A stretch of DNA of 64,000 nucleotides. Source: Octopus bimaculoides (taxonomy: Eukaryota). The DNA lies in assembly GCF_001194135.2 (NCBI RefSeq), contig NC_068995.1:33429218-33493217 (forward strand), written 5' to 3'. The notes below the pieces were generated by a model. That model searched no databases. It was given only the letters and a program-made list of their open reading frames with translations, and was not told the DNA's origin. The position numbers and the translations under genes were made by a program. Each line of letters opens with the position of its first letter. Within the stretch, counting starts at the first letter, position 1. Below, one piece after another: positions 26,990 through 39,278 of the stretch.

Positions 26990-27034
26990 TCTGTGTATCA
27001 CAATTTCCAGGTTATTTCCCTTCATCAGCACAGA
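26990..27034 (-). ncRNA. Minimal type-I hammerhead ribozyme motif (family A, antisense copy)
   Basis: Minus strand UCUGUG-CUGAUGA-AGGGAAAUAACCUG-GAAA-U-UGUG-A-UA/CACAGA. Core and stem I intact; loop III is CGCG after CpG decay. Confidence 0.7.
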
Positions 27035-27267
27035 ATAATTGTTCGGCTAGAGGTGGTGCTGCAAAATTCCAGTTCAAAATATATAGTTTTCAAAGTGACA
27101 ACTAGTCACTGATCTGTAAATTAGAAAATTACTATTTTTAAATCTCACAACAAGAGATATTCAGCAACAGTACTTTTCTAATTTATAGATCAGTGACTAG
27201 TTGTCACTTTGAAAACTATATATTTCGAACTGGAATTTGACAGCGCCACCCCTAGTTGAATAATTAT

Positions 27268-27312
27268 TCTGTGCTGATGAAGCGAAATAACCCAGAAAAC
27301 GCGATACACAGA
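27268..27312 (+). ncRNA. Minimal type-I hammerhead ribozyme motif (family A, sense to MRPL24 intron), slightly degenerate
   Basis: UCUGUG-CUGAUGA-AGCGAAAUAACCCA-GAAA-A-CGCG-A-UA/CACAGA. Stem I is 6 bp, core CUGAUGA and GAAA intact, predicted cut after 27306. One mismatch each in stems II and III relative to the two-copy consensus. Confidence 0.7.
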
Positions 27313-27547
27313 TATTGTTTTGAGCTGAGTAGGGATGCTAGATTCCCTTGTTTGAAAATATAAGGACACAGATCGTATCGTATAGCCAGCTGGAGACGAT
27401 GTCTCCTGGGGCTAAATTACAGCAACATTTGTCCTAAACCAGAACTGCTATGTTATGTTGGCAAACAATCTTTACTCCAAAGTACTATTGCTGAATATCT
27501 CTCGCTGTGAGATTTACAAATAGTAATGTTTATTTTTTCTTTTACAG

Positions 27548-27684
27548 AAACTGCAAAGGACTGTACCAAAGAAGTTGTAACCAAAATTACATTTCAACCC
27601 AAATTGATGACCTTTGAAGAAGATTTGATGCAACAATATGGTATTAAAGAAGATAGAAAACGAGCTCCCACTTATAGATATTGA
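27548..27684 (+). CDS. MRPL24: MRPL24 last coding exon, (E)TAKDCTKEVVTKITFQPKLMTFEEDLMQQYGIKEDRKRAPTYRY*
   Basis: ttttacAG acceptor, phase 1 completes GAA, stop TGA at 27682-84. Matches the MRPL24 C-terminus KDT...ITFxPKLxTFExDxMxxxGIKExR...YxY. Confidence 0.94.
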
Positions 27685-27730
27685 GGACTAATTGATTTTG
27701 TTGATTGAAACTTATAGTTGATCTTCTTAA

Positions 27731-27736
27731 AATAAA
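27731..27736 (+). promoter_or_regulatory. Candidate polyadenylation signal of MRPL24
   Basis: AATAAA 46 nt after the stop codon, followed by T/GT-rich sequence. Use not demonstrated. Confidence 0.5.
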
Positions 27737-28184
27737 TATGAAAATGTTATACTTTTGCTTTAATTACTTTTGCTAAATTACTTTGTGTTGAATCACTGGT
27801 CATTATATATATTTTTATGTAGCTGCAGTTTTATAAGACTGAAAATGTAGCTTGTGATTGAAATACAGTACACTGACTGAGTAATAGTTGTTCTGTGAGT
27901 GTTGACTTGTGATTCATAGCTGTTCTATGAGTATTAATTCATGACCAATAGCTATGTTGTGAGTGTTGACTCATGATTGATAGCTGTGCTGTGAGTTGAA
28001 GCTTTGTTGGTAATCCTGACATCAACTTAATTCCCAAGTTTCTATTTTAGATAGAAATTAAATGAATTATTGACTTGGCATCAAACATATTTTTAGTGAA
28101 ATCTCTGTAGCAGTGTCTTTTAAAATTTTGGTATACAATCAATTAAATAGTTTTTGAAATTGTGATGTTCAATTAATATTGGAT

Positions 28185-28398
28185 TCAAATTTTGGCACAA
28201 AGCCAGCTAGTTTTGGGGAGGGAGGGGCTAAGTCAATTAAGTAGACCCCAGTGTTCAACTAGCATTTATTTTATTAACCCCAAAAAGATGAAAGATAAAG
28301 TTGACCTTGACGGAATTTGAACTCAGAATGTGAAAACAGATGAAATACCACTAAACAGTTTGCCTGGTGTGCTAACAATTCTACCAGTTCACCACCTT
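28185..28398 (-). mobile_element. Second SINE family (tRNA-like head, ...gagttcaaattcc...); diverged copies at about 49665-49865, 56810-57010, 61380-61520, 62700-62870
   Basis: Minus aaggtggtgaactggtagaattgttagcac...ctgagttcaaattccgtcaaggtcaac; shared 3' ttgtgccaaaatttgaa. Confidence 0.65.
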
Positions 28399-30698
28399 AT
28401 ATTCAGTTAATATTGTTATAGAATTTGTTATACTGAATTTTTGATAGAAAAAGAAGTAAAAAAAATATTTAGGAAAGATTCTGAAATTTTTGACTTTATA
28501 AGAATTTTTATAAACTATTGAGAGAATATGATATAATTCTTTTTTGGAATAGTGAATCTCAAAGCACATATCAAGGTATAAATAACAACATATAAATACT
28601 TTGAAAAACCTTTTCTTTCTCAAAGAATTTTTCAACTCCATATTTACATGTTATTATTTATAGTTTTATGTGTGCTTTGAGATCCACTACTCAAAAACAG
28701 GATTATTTTTAAAATTATATTTTTTATCACATTATTAACTGGCAGAAAACAATTAAATGATAATGTAGAAAAATGGTTAGAGCAAGAAAAAATAAAAGCA
28801 GAGGTGATAATTTAAAATAAATAGTGTTAACTATTTATTTCAAAATTCAAATATGCTGATTGACAGAAGTTAAGAAAATATTAGACTCCATCAACATGCT
28901 GAAAATGGGCAGGAAATAGACTCCATCAACTGCCAAGGGATCAGGCTAAAAGTAGTAGATAGCTTCTGTTAATCTAGGTGACCAAGTTAGTAGTGGAGGT
29001 GGACGAAGTCAGCTGAGTAAAGAAGTGGCGATCTCTAACTGGAGGGAACCTGTGGTAGAGATTGGCCCAGGAAGACATGGAACAAGGTGGCGAAGCATGA
29101 TTTGAACTTTGAGGCTCACAGAAGCAATGACTAGTGACTGAGACCTTTGGCGATGTGCTGTGCTTGAGAGGACCTGTCAAGCCAAGTGCACCTGTGCTGG
29201 TGGCATATAAAGAACACCTTTCCAAGCGTTGGACCTCATGGAGACAAAGTACTGAGTTCCTTTCGAGTGTTGGGCCTCGCGGAGGCAATAACAGACCTTA
29301 GACATTATGTTGGGCTTGAGAAGAAGACCCATCAAGTCGTGACAGATACTGGTGCCACGCAATTAGCACTCGTACTGGTGACATGTAAAAGCACCCTCGT
29401 GTCACGCAAATGGCATCCATGCTGGTGGCATGTAAAAGCACCCATTACACTCTCAGAGTGGTTGGCATTAGGAAGGGCATCCAGCTGTAGAAAACCATGC
29501 GAAATCAGACTGGAATCTGGTGCAGCGTTCCAGCTTGGTCAAACTGTCCAACCCATGCCAACATGGATGACGGACGTTAAATGATGACATTGAAGTTATT
29601 TTATTTATTATATCATTGAAACAAAAATATTAAGACAAATTATTTTTATAACCTTAAAATTAAGATTAAAAAGAAAATTATTATGGCTGTGCAATGCTGC
29701 AAGAATCAAAGTCAGCAATCTATACATACCCTCAAATGCTCCTTTGGATGAAATCTAATAATGAGATCCTATGTTCACTTCAAGTGTGCAAGAACGTATT
29801 AAGAATGTATGTACACATGGTTTTTGTTTTTTATTATTATTCCAGATTTATGAGGATTTATGCCCCCTTAATCTTTCTCTTTTGCATTGTTGCTTAATAC
29901 AAAAGACTCAGTGTTTTAAGATTTTGTTTAACAAGTGAAATCATAAAAACTGTTATTTACCTTGTGTCAAGTGATCTACTGCTACTCTCTCTCTCTAAAC
30001 TCTAAACCTAGTGTACATGTATGACAGATTGCTAGTGTATCAAAAGAAAAGATAGGCATAAGAGGAATTAGCCGTAGTGTCCAAGAAAGAAGACCATGCT
30101 GGTTTGGTCATGTAATATGTATGGACTAGGACCACAGTCACCTCTATTCCATCTAACCATCTCTCTTCACCTTATGAAATTTTTACCTCTATCCTTTCCC
30201 TACCTACTCACTTAGTCCAATCCTCTATATCACTTCATCTATATTCCCCCACTCCATTATACCTGGAGGGTATGTCCTGACATATCCACCACCATCTCTC
30301 CCATTCTCTCCATCTCTGTCCTTCTTTCTCTCCTGTCTCCAACTGGGATATCCTTGTATCTCTTCTACAACAAGACACCTATCTCTATCCCTCTATTATT
30401 CTTTTAACCTCTCATCAACTGACACAAAACCACCTCTTTCAATATATGGTATCCAGCCATAGAAACTATGTCAAAACAGAAAATAGAGTTTAGCACAGCC
30501 CTGTGGCTTGCCAGCTCCTGTTAAACCATCAAACCAATGCTAGCATGGAGAACAGATGTTAAATCATGATGATGATTGTTAGGGCTAAATATGAAGAAAA
30601 GCTTGTGTTTGTGTTAGAATAAATTGAACAAATTTAGATATTAGTATCAATTGATGACTGTATTTTACAGTTGGTTCTCTATGGTTTTTACTTATGAA

Positions 30699-31356
30699 AT
30701 CTGATCAACAGACTGCTGCTGACCTGATATTGAGCACCTTCTGTTGCATGTCTGTCATACGTAGCCCTCTTCATCTGCAGTTTTAAGCATTGAGATCTGT
30801 TGTAATCATCATCTGCTTTTTCCACTGTTGGAGCCTTTGGGGGTTCATCACGCTTTGTCTGGGTCCTCATCCATATCTGATCAACAGACTGCTGCTGACC
30901 TGATATTGAGCACCTTCTGTTGCATGTCTGTCATACGTAGCCCTCTTCATCTGCAGTTTTAAGCATTGAGATCTGTTGTAATCATCATCTGCTTTTTCCA
31001 CTGTTGGAGCCTTTGGGGGTTCATCACGCTTTGTCTGGGTCCTCATCTNNNNNNNNNNNNNNNNNNNNNNNNNNNNNNNNNNNNNNNNNNNNNNNNNNNN
31101 NNNNNNNNNNNNNNNNNNNNNNNNNNNNNNNNNNNNNNNNNNNNNNNNNNNNNNNNNNNNNNNNNNNNNNNNNNNNNNNNNTATCTGATCAACAGACTGC
31201 TGCTGACCTGATATTGAGCACCTTCTGTTGCATGTCTGTCATACGTAGCCCTCTTCATCTGCAGTTTTAAGCATTGAGATCTGTTGTAATCATCATCTGC
31301 TTTTTCCACTGTTGGAGCCTTTGGGGGTTCATCACGCTTTGTCTGGGTCCTCATCT
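30699..31356. repeat. 176-bp tandem duplication (30699, 30875) plus a third copy after the gap (31183), within a retroelement-like remnant extending to about 31550
   Basis: Copies appear identical by eye. Copy 2 ends at the gap with the same terminal base as copy 3, so copies 2 and 3 may be one locus duplicated by scaffolding. Confidence 0.85.
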
Positions 31357-32879
31357 TTGATCTTGCCGCCAAGGGTGACCCTACTGAGACTTCAGAACTC
31401 TGGATGGCATTTCTCTCAGAGACATTGCTCCACACAAGCCCCTCCATCACAACAGGAAGCGACCATCCTGCAAGTCTCATTCTATATGTGCTGCAGAGGA
31501 ATGTCATGAAATCAAGTGTATGGGTCACTTCCTGCCAAGTTGAGTCCACTTTAACCCTTTAGCATTTAAAGCAGCCATATCCAGCTCAAATATTCCATCC
31601 ACTGGCTAGATCTAGCCTCTCACACCTAGCCCATAATGTCATTCTAAAAATTAACAATCACATCTTTGAAATCTCAAAGCTACAAAGTAATAAATGGATG
31701 AATTTTTAAAAATGTGAATAAATAAGCATTGCATTTGACAGAAGAATCTGAATGCTAAAGAGTTAAACAAAATCTTGCCATTGGCACTTTCTCTACAATG
31801 GTAACAACAATGTCTGATCAACTGTTTTTCTGTCTCTAATATCTGTATAACCACGTGCAAAATCTCTTTTTGTCTGCTACAGAACAAAATCCTCTCTACT
31901 GACAACATATGGTTCTTTTAGCTTTTCCTTGTTTTAGTCATTGGAAAGCTCCTAGTTGAACAAATTGACCTTGAAGGGCTTCTAGTTGAACAAATTGATC
32001 CCAGTACTTATTTTCAAAGTCTGGTACTTATTCTGTTGGTTTCTTTTGCCAAACTGCTAAATTACTGGGACATAAACAAACCAACACCAAGCAGTGGTGG
32101 GAAACAAACACAAGACATGCACACATGCATATAAACATAGGTAAAACAAGGATAAAGACTCCCTTCAGTCATGAATGACCATGGGATTGCACCTAGAAAT
32201 TTCCCCTTCGAGGCATAAGTTCAGGTTACGTTGTTTATATATATATAAAAGAGTTTGTATGTGTGTGTGTGTCTTTGTTCCTTAAGCATTCCAAAACCAA
32301 GTTGCCATTTGTGACATATGGGGTATCAAAAGATTCAGTAAGCTTTGTAAGCTTTTGGCTACCAACTAAACTATATTTTCATTCACTTATTTTCATTACA
32401 AAAATTTAGGATTATCATTTTTCTTTTAGTCACCTATTGTAAACGACATCTTTTACCACCATCTCAACAACGATGACGTCACATTTTCTATATGTGTTCG
32501 AGTGTTCATTACGTACATTAGGCTGATGACTGACAAGTATATATGTGTGATGGTGTTTGTGTCTGTCAGTATACATACATTTTTGTGACGACTGACACTC
32601 ACACAGGGACAGAGATAGACTTGAGGTGTGTGTTAATGTATGTCTGTGTGTGTGTGTCTTAGTATATGTATGTGACTTCCCCCCACTCACCCACTCAACA
32701 GTGAAACACACTGATATAGAAAGTGAAAATAGTTTCACACTTTCAATTTCAACCAAAATTACAGTGTTCGATTACAAGACTGATGATAGGTGAATAATGA
32801 AAGTAATGTTTCTCTGAATTGGTCACATCTGTATTATAATAAAGAAAGTTGCTTAGGTGATCTTTCATTTTGACTTGCA

Positions 32880-33312
32880 GAGCTGTCATCTGCATTTGTT
32901 AATTTCCGTAAAATCTTTTTATTTATTTACTTTTGTTTTAAAGTGAACAAGAGGAGAAAATGAAAGATGTATGTACATGTATATGAAATGGACGTGTGAG
33001 AGAGAGAGAGAGGAAGGGAGAAAGAGAGTGACTGAAGGGGTGTATTGTCATGTATACATACATACAGCAATACATCTGAATACATCTTTTTTGTATGTAC
33101 ATGTGCATGTGAGAGAGAGTGAGTGAATGTGTGTTCTCATGTATGTGTAAGTGACACTTACTCACTTACACACACACATACACAGACGTTCATTTCATAT
33201 ATACGTTCATACATTTTTCACTTTCTCCTCTCTTTCACTCTAAAACAAAAGTAAGTAAATAAAAACTTTTTATTGAAATTAAGGAACAAAACAGCTGATT
33301 CAGATGACAGTT
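32880..33312. repeat. Inverted repeat with ~125-bp arms around a GA/TG-microsatellite core (MITE-like)
   Basis: 32880-33000 aligns with the reverse complement of 33180-33312 at about 80%. Confidence 0.7.
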
Positions 33313-35689
33313 TGTTGACAACTTTGAGAGTTATAACGAAACATAGCCACTGCTTATTATCTATCTATGTTTTTCACTCAACTATGTTTTTCACCCAACA
33401 ACTCTTTTCTTCAACTTAAATAACCTCAGTAACTATGTGGGTTGCACAATTTTGAGGTCATTTTCGGACAATATTTCAATTTGCTTCTAATGTTTCACTT
33501 TCGTCCGATGTTCCATGCATGCATAGAATTCTACTTGAACAAACATTTATGAAAATGTACACATAAATATTGTATTGAAATAAGCATTAAAAGACATCCA
33601 TTTCTCTATATGTTATGAGGAAATACAGTCACTCTCTCTCTCTCTCTCTCTCACGCACATGTCTTTAAGAGATCTTTATCTTTATCTGATTCTCTGAGTC
33701 TTAAAATGAATCTGCCTTTCTTTTATAAATCTTCAGATATAACTGCAAATTTTCTTGGCAAGCAGTTACCAACATTTTGATAACACAAACCAATAGAATT
33801 GGTGGTGAATAATAGTGATCTCAGTGCTTTTAGAGATAATTCCATGCAATATTTCAAAATATGGATCTGCCTGGTTACCCTTCAAGAGTCAATTTCCTGA
33901 GCCATTTGTGGATCACTCTTACTTAATCTTCAGAACAATATTCATTAGTGTGAGGAAAGTGGATAACTGGCACTTCCAATGTTAATAAAACTAACTGAAG
34001 CTATCGTTGCAGGTCATACCCAAATGTAGAGTAGAAAAGCAATTAGAATTTCATTGCTGATACCTACTTAGTCAGTTGACTCCCTTCATAAAGTTGAATA
34101 TTGGCTGCAAAAATTCAGACTACTTTCACATTGATCATGGATGACTATTTGACTGAAATTGTAGTATCATACTTTTCTTGGTAGAGTTTAAAGACTCTTA
34201 ATTTGGAGATTACAATTTAAACAAACCAGCAAGGAAACCTCTACACAGGCATTCTACTGCTTAGAATTCATGGCTAAACTTTCCTTCAATTACACCATAT
34301 CATCTTAGAAAAAGGAAGGATACATTGAATAATATTGTCTTAGATACACTGTCTTGATAGGATTGTCAAGGGTAAAATACTTTTTATTTATTATTGATTA
34401 TTAAATTTTGACACCATTCTACACTCTCTGAGTGGTTGGCGTTAGGAAGGGCATCCAGCTGTAGAAACTCTGCCAAATCAGACTGGAGCCTGGTGTTGCC
34501 ATCCGGTTTCACCAGTCCTCAGTCAAATCGTCCAACCCATGCTAGCATGGAAAGCGGACGTTAAACGATGATGATGATGATGATGATTCTGTAAGGGTGT
34601 ATGAATAGAATAGAAAAAAAAAAAAATCAGGCAAAAACTTGATAACCAAAAAGTTATCAGTTTGTCTTAAGATATTCAAAAACATTTGTGCTTTAATTTG
34701 TTATGAAATTACATATAATTAGATAATTATATTCTAATTATTTTAGAAATAACATGCTTCTATTAGCTGGCATTGAATTCCAGAAAAATGGAGTGGTATA
34801 TTCAAAAGTTTCACTAAAGGAATAATTGCTGAATCAGGCCTGAGACTCTGTGATATAAAAGCTGCAGGAGCTAAACTTAAAAGTTCTTTGAAATATTTTG
34901 AGGCAGCACCAAATGCATACTTTGAATTTTATTTGAAAATAAATAGATGACTAATGAATTTCTATTAATGCTGGTGTAACATGTTCAAATCTGCATAGTA
35001 TTTTAATAAAGCAAACACAATCCTGTTTTGTTATTTCTAATCAAAATAACATTGCAATAGTCTATTTCTGCAATAGCTATTGCAATAATCAAAATAACAA
35101 ATAAAATCAGTGAATCAAATGTTTTATATTTTCTTCCTTCATGATAAACATCTCTTATGAATATTGCTTATGTGAACTTGACCCTTTACAGCATTCAGAT
35201 TACTGTCGAATATAATGCCTATTTTTATTCACATTATTTTTAATTAATTGTACATGATTTCAGGTTGTTTATTTTGAAAATGACATTAAAGGGTAGATGT
35301 GAGAGGCTGGATCTGGTCAGTTTTGAACATAAAACAGGTAGAATATTTGGGCCGGATATGGCCAGTTGAAATGCTAAAGGGTTAAAAATTCCAGTTGAAA
35401 TGCTAAAGGGTTAAAAATTCAAGTATCTGTCAAGAGTTATCCCTAAAATTTGGTAAGAAGTATAAATAAGGTCCAAATATTTTTATTGTAGATAATATGG
35501 TGTTTATATTATGATGCAAACCCCTCAAGAACACATCTCACTTTTATTTGTGATTAATTTCAGTTTGTTGAATGTGAACCATTCTAAGATGTAATTCAAG
35601 TGAATTGACATTAGCAAAATTTAATTATGCATGCTCTGGATATAAAGGTGTACCTTCTACATAAACCTGGTGTTTTACGCTAGAGATAC

Positions 35690-35880
35690 AAAAGATATTT
35701 GATAATGAAGTGATAAATAAGGAATGCAACAAAGAGTCAAGTACTGAACCCTGTGGTGAAATACCATTGCTCTTTCAGAAGAGGCATCAACATGTACAAC
35801 TGGCATCTTCCTGTATGGTAAGATCAGAACCAAATACCTAAGACATTGTGAAAGCCAAAGTGTGACTGAAAACAAGGAAT
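35690..35880 (-). mobile_element. Degenerate non-LTR RT fragment
   Basis: Minus frame PQGSVLDSLLHSLFITSL resembles the RT motif GVPQGSVLGPLLFxxFINDL. Confidence 0.6.
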
Positions 35881-35933
35881 AAGGATGCGATGTTGTGATC
35901 AACTATATCAATTGCTGCACTTAAAGAAAATTA

Positions 35934-37260
35934 TTAGGTTGTCAAGAAAGTTCTTGCAGAATTTTAAATTTTGGTTTTAAATGATGTATTTTCAAATTAA
36001 TTTTCATTAAATTACTTTGACTTTATATATCATTTTAAAGCCCATTTTTCACTCTAATTGTGTTAATCTTTTTCTTTTTGAATAATTAGGCCATTTTTTC
36101 TGGAACATTGAATACAACATAGACAAAAAGCAAATTTGCACAATTTTCTTATTCCAGTTCAAGCTAGGTCAAAAAGCTGCTGTGACAGCTTGCAATATCA
36201 ACAATGCGTTTGACCCATGAACAACTAATGAACATACAGCACAATGGTGGTTCGAGAAATTTCATAGCAGTGACGAGAGTCTTGAAGATGACAAGCAAGT
36301 GGTCGGCCATCAGATGTTGACAATGATCAACTAAGAGCCTTAGTCGAAGCCAATCCACGCACAACTGTTCAAGTACTTGCTTCTGAATTAGACGTAATGT
36401 ATACAACAATTTCCAACCACTTGAAAGAGATTGGAAAAACAAAAGTATTTGAGAAATGGGTGCCGCAGGAATTGAACGACAGCCAAAAAAATACACCATT
36501 TTGAAATGTAGTCTTCCCTTCTTTTATAAAACTACCCGTTTCTTGACCAGATTGTGACTNNNNNNNNNNNNNNNNNNNNNNNNNNNNNNNNNNNNNNNNN
36601 NNNNNNNNNNNNNNNNNNNNNNNNNNNNNNNNNNNNNNNNNNNNNNNNNNNNNNNNNNNNNNNNNNNNNNNNNNNNNNNNNNNNNNNNNNNNNNNNNNNN
36701 NNNNNNNNNNNNNNNNNNNNNNNNNNNNNNNNNNNNNNNNNNNNNNNNNNNNNNNNNNNNNNNNNNNNNNNNNNNNNNNNNNNNNNNNNNNNNNNNNNNN
36801 NNNNNNNNNNNNNNNNNNNNNNNNNNNNNNNNNNNNNNNNNNNNNNNNNNNNNNNNNNNNNNNNNNNNNNNNNNNNNNCGCTTGACCACACGTCGCACAA
36901 CTGACCCTGCAGAAGTTGAACGAATTGAGCTACGAAACTCTGCCTCCTCCACCATACTTACCAGACCTCTTGCCTACCGACTACCACTTTTTCATGCATC
37001 TCGACAACTTCCTGCATGAGAAATGCTTCAAAAACCAAGATGATGCCAAACACGCCTTCAACAACTTCATTGCCACCAGAATGCAGGATTTTGACACTAC
37101 TGACATAAATAAACTTGTTTCACGTTGGCAAAAGTGTGTTGATTCTGATGGTGTTTTGCAGCTCTGAGCTGAAACTATAGAAAAAAAGTTTTGTTTGAGC
37201 CGAGATATGTGCATCTCAAGTTAAAGATTAAAAACCGCAAGAACTTTCTTGACAACCTAA
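35934..37260 (+). mobile_element. Full-span mariner (Hsmar1/SETMAR-like) with internal assembly gap, degenerate transposase
   Basis: TIRs TTAGGTTGTCAAGAAAGTTCTTGC / GCAAGAACTTTCTTGACAACCTAA with TA TSDs. Motifs WVPQEL, PFLDQIVT, YLPDLLPTDYHFF. Confidence 0.9.
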
Positions 37261-38710
37261 TACAATTGATAGCTTACTATTATCAGATGGCTAATTCAGG
37301 GTCATTGGCAAGTGCTATGTCAATTGAAAAACCAATCCTATATGCTGATTGATCAGGTGACTGAAATGAATTCATTTGTAAATAATTCTGTACACAATAT
37401 GTTGCTAGAATTGACCTGAGGCTAAAATGTTTTGAAATTTTTCAAGTAGCTAAATTGTAGTGTCAAGCATGTTTGTGTGGTTAAGAGGTTTTGCTTTGCA
37501 ACCTTGTGTTTTTGAGCATGATTCAACTGATTGATCCCTTGAGTAAGTATCTACTAGCATAGCCTCAACTTGATCAATGTTTTGTAAATAAAGTTTAGTA
37601 TATAGAAACTGTGTTAAAACCTGTTATGTTTGTGTCTAAGTGCTCTGCTATGTGTTGAACTTCATACCACACAAATTGTTTCAAACTGGGGTGGTGAAGG
37701 GGGGAGTGAAAAAATTTCAAACTTTTTTCTTTTTTTTCTTTGTGAAAAGATGCCTCCTATCATTCTAAAGACTTTGGNNNNNNNNNNNNNNNNNNNNNNN
37801 NNNNNNNNNNNNNNNNNNNNNNNNNNNNNNNNNNNNNNNNNNNNNNNNNNNNNNNNNNNNNNNNNNNNNNNNNNNNNNNNNNNNNNNNNNNNNNNNNNNN
37901 NNNNNNNNNNNNNNNNNNNNNNNNNNNNNNNNNNNNNNNNNNNNNNNNNNNNNNNNNNNNNNNNNNNNNNNNNNNNNNNNNNNNNNNNNNNNNNNNNNNN
38001 NNNNNNNNNNNNNNNNNNNNNNNNNNNNNNNNNNNNNNNNNNNNNNNNNNNNNNNNNNNNNNNNNNNNNNNNNNNNNNNNNNNNNNNNNNNNNNNNNNNN
38101 NNNNNNNNNNNNNNNNNNNNNNNNNNNNNNNNNNNNNNNNNNNNNNNNNNNNNNNNNNNNNNNNNNNNNNNNNNNNNNNNNNNNNNNNNNNNNNNNNNNN
38201 NNNNNNNNNNNNNNNNNNNNNNNNNNNNNNNNNNNNNNNNNNNNNNNNNNNNNNNNNNNNNNNNNNNNNNNNNNNNNNNNNNNNNNNNNNNNNNNNNNNN
38301 NNNNNNNNNNNNNNNNNNNNNNNNNNNNNNNNNNNNNNNNNNNNNNNNNNNNNNNNNNNNNNNNNNNAAGTCTGCAGGGTATTAAACTGTAGTTATGCCT
38401 TTTTCAATAAAAAGTTAACGTTAATGGATTAACGTTAACTTCTGTTACATTTTCAAAGAATTAATGGATTAATGATTAATGAAGTTAACTTTTTGGTTAA
38501 TAGATTAACAATTAACAAAGTTAACTTTTCAATTAATGATACCCACTTCTGTATATACACACACACACACGTATATATATATNNNNNNNNNNNNNNNNNN
38601 NNNNNNNNNNNNNNNNNNNNNNNACGATGTGGACTGCCAATGTGCTAGAAGAAGATCACATGTCATGTGTCTACTAAGACTGGATAATTCTCAAAGGGAA
38701 TTTACATTTA

Positions 38711-39010
38711 TAATTATAATAAGGGGGTTGTGAATGATTACAACACCAGTCTGCGAGAAATAGACCCCAAATGGTCTATGACCCACTTATGTTTGGTATG
38801 TTAACACTGATGATCGGAAAGGATTTTAACTCAAACCGTGACATTTATGGATATGGTTCTATCCAAATTATTTTATAAATCCTTGCTATCTATTTTCCTT
38901 ACTTACAACCTTGTGTAGTGGAGTAATAATTTAAGTGGTTCATAGACCATTTGGAGTCTATTTCTAGTAGCCTGGTGTTGTAATCATTCAATACCTTTAT
39001 TATAATTTTA
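38711..39010. repeat. Inverted repeat with ~80-bp arms (38711-38789 and 38932-39010)
   Basis: tgaatgattacaacaccag...gaaatagaccccaaatggtctatgacccactta versus its reverse complement, about 85% by eye. Confidence 0.75.
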
Positions 39011-39246
39011 ATATAAACTAACGATTATGGTATTTTTAGTATGCTGGCCACTGATAAATCATTAAAGAATGACTTTATCCTAATTATGTATAAATATATA
39101 TATATACATGAGTGAGTGGACAAACAAAAGAAAAAGGCACTCAACACTTTTAGTTGGAGTTACATGTATAAGTAAATATTTAACTGTTTGATATGTTCCT
39201 AGTAGTAACCCAATGAAGCACATTCACTGCCTACGGCTACCTGATG

Positions 39247-39278
<32 letters not shown>

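Larger units (their letters stand above)
26821..27526. repeat. Long inverted repeat (arms 26821-27128 and 27174-27480) plus 45-bp block repeated inverted (27129-27173 and 27482-27526); probable Penelope-like pLTR or retrozyme-type repeat
   Basis: Arms align end to end as reverse complements at roughly 80-85% by eye; each arm carries a hammerhead motif. Confidence 0.85.

Noticed and set aside
33298-33345. CAGATGA...GAAAC as a hammerhead in the 32880-33312 inverted repeat
   Set aside because: U4 is absent in both arms, stem II is poor, and there is no NUH with a matching stem I.
35684-35817. Apparent + strand exon (AG...GTAAGA, open frame IQKIFDNEVINKECNK...)
   Set aside because: It is the antisense shadow of a degenerate RT motif (PQGSVL) on the minus strand.
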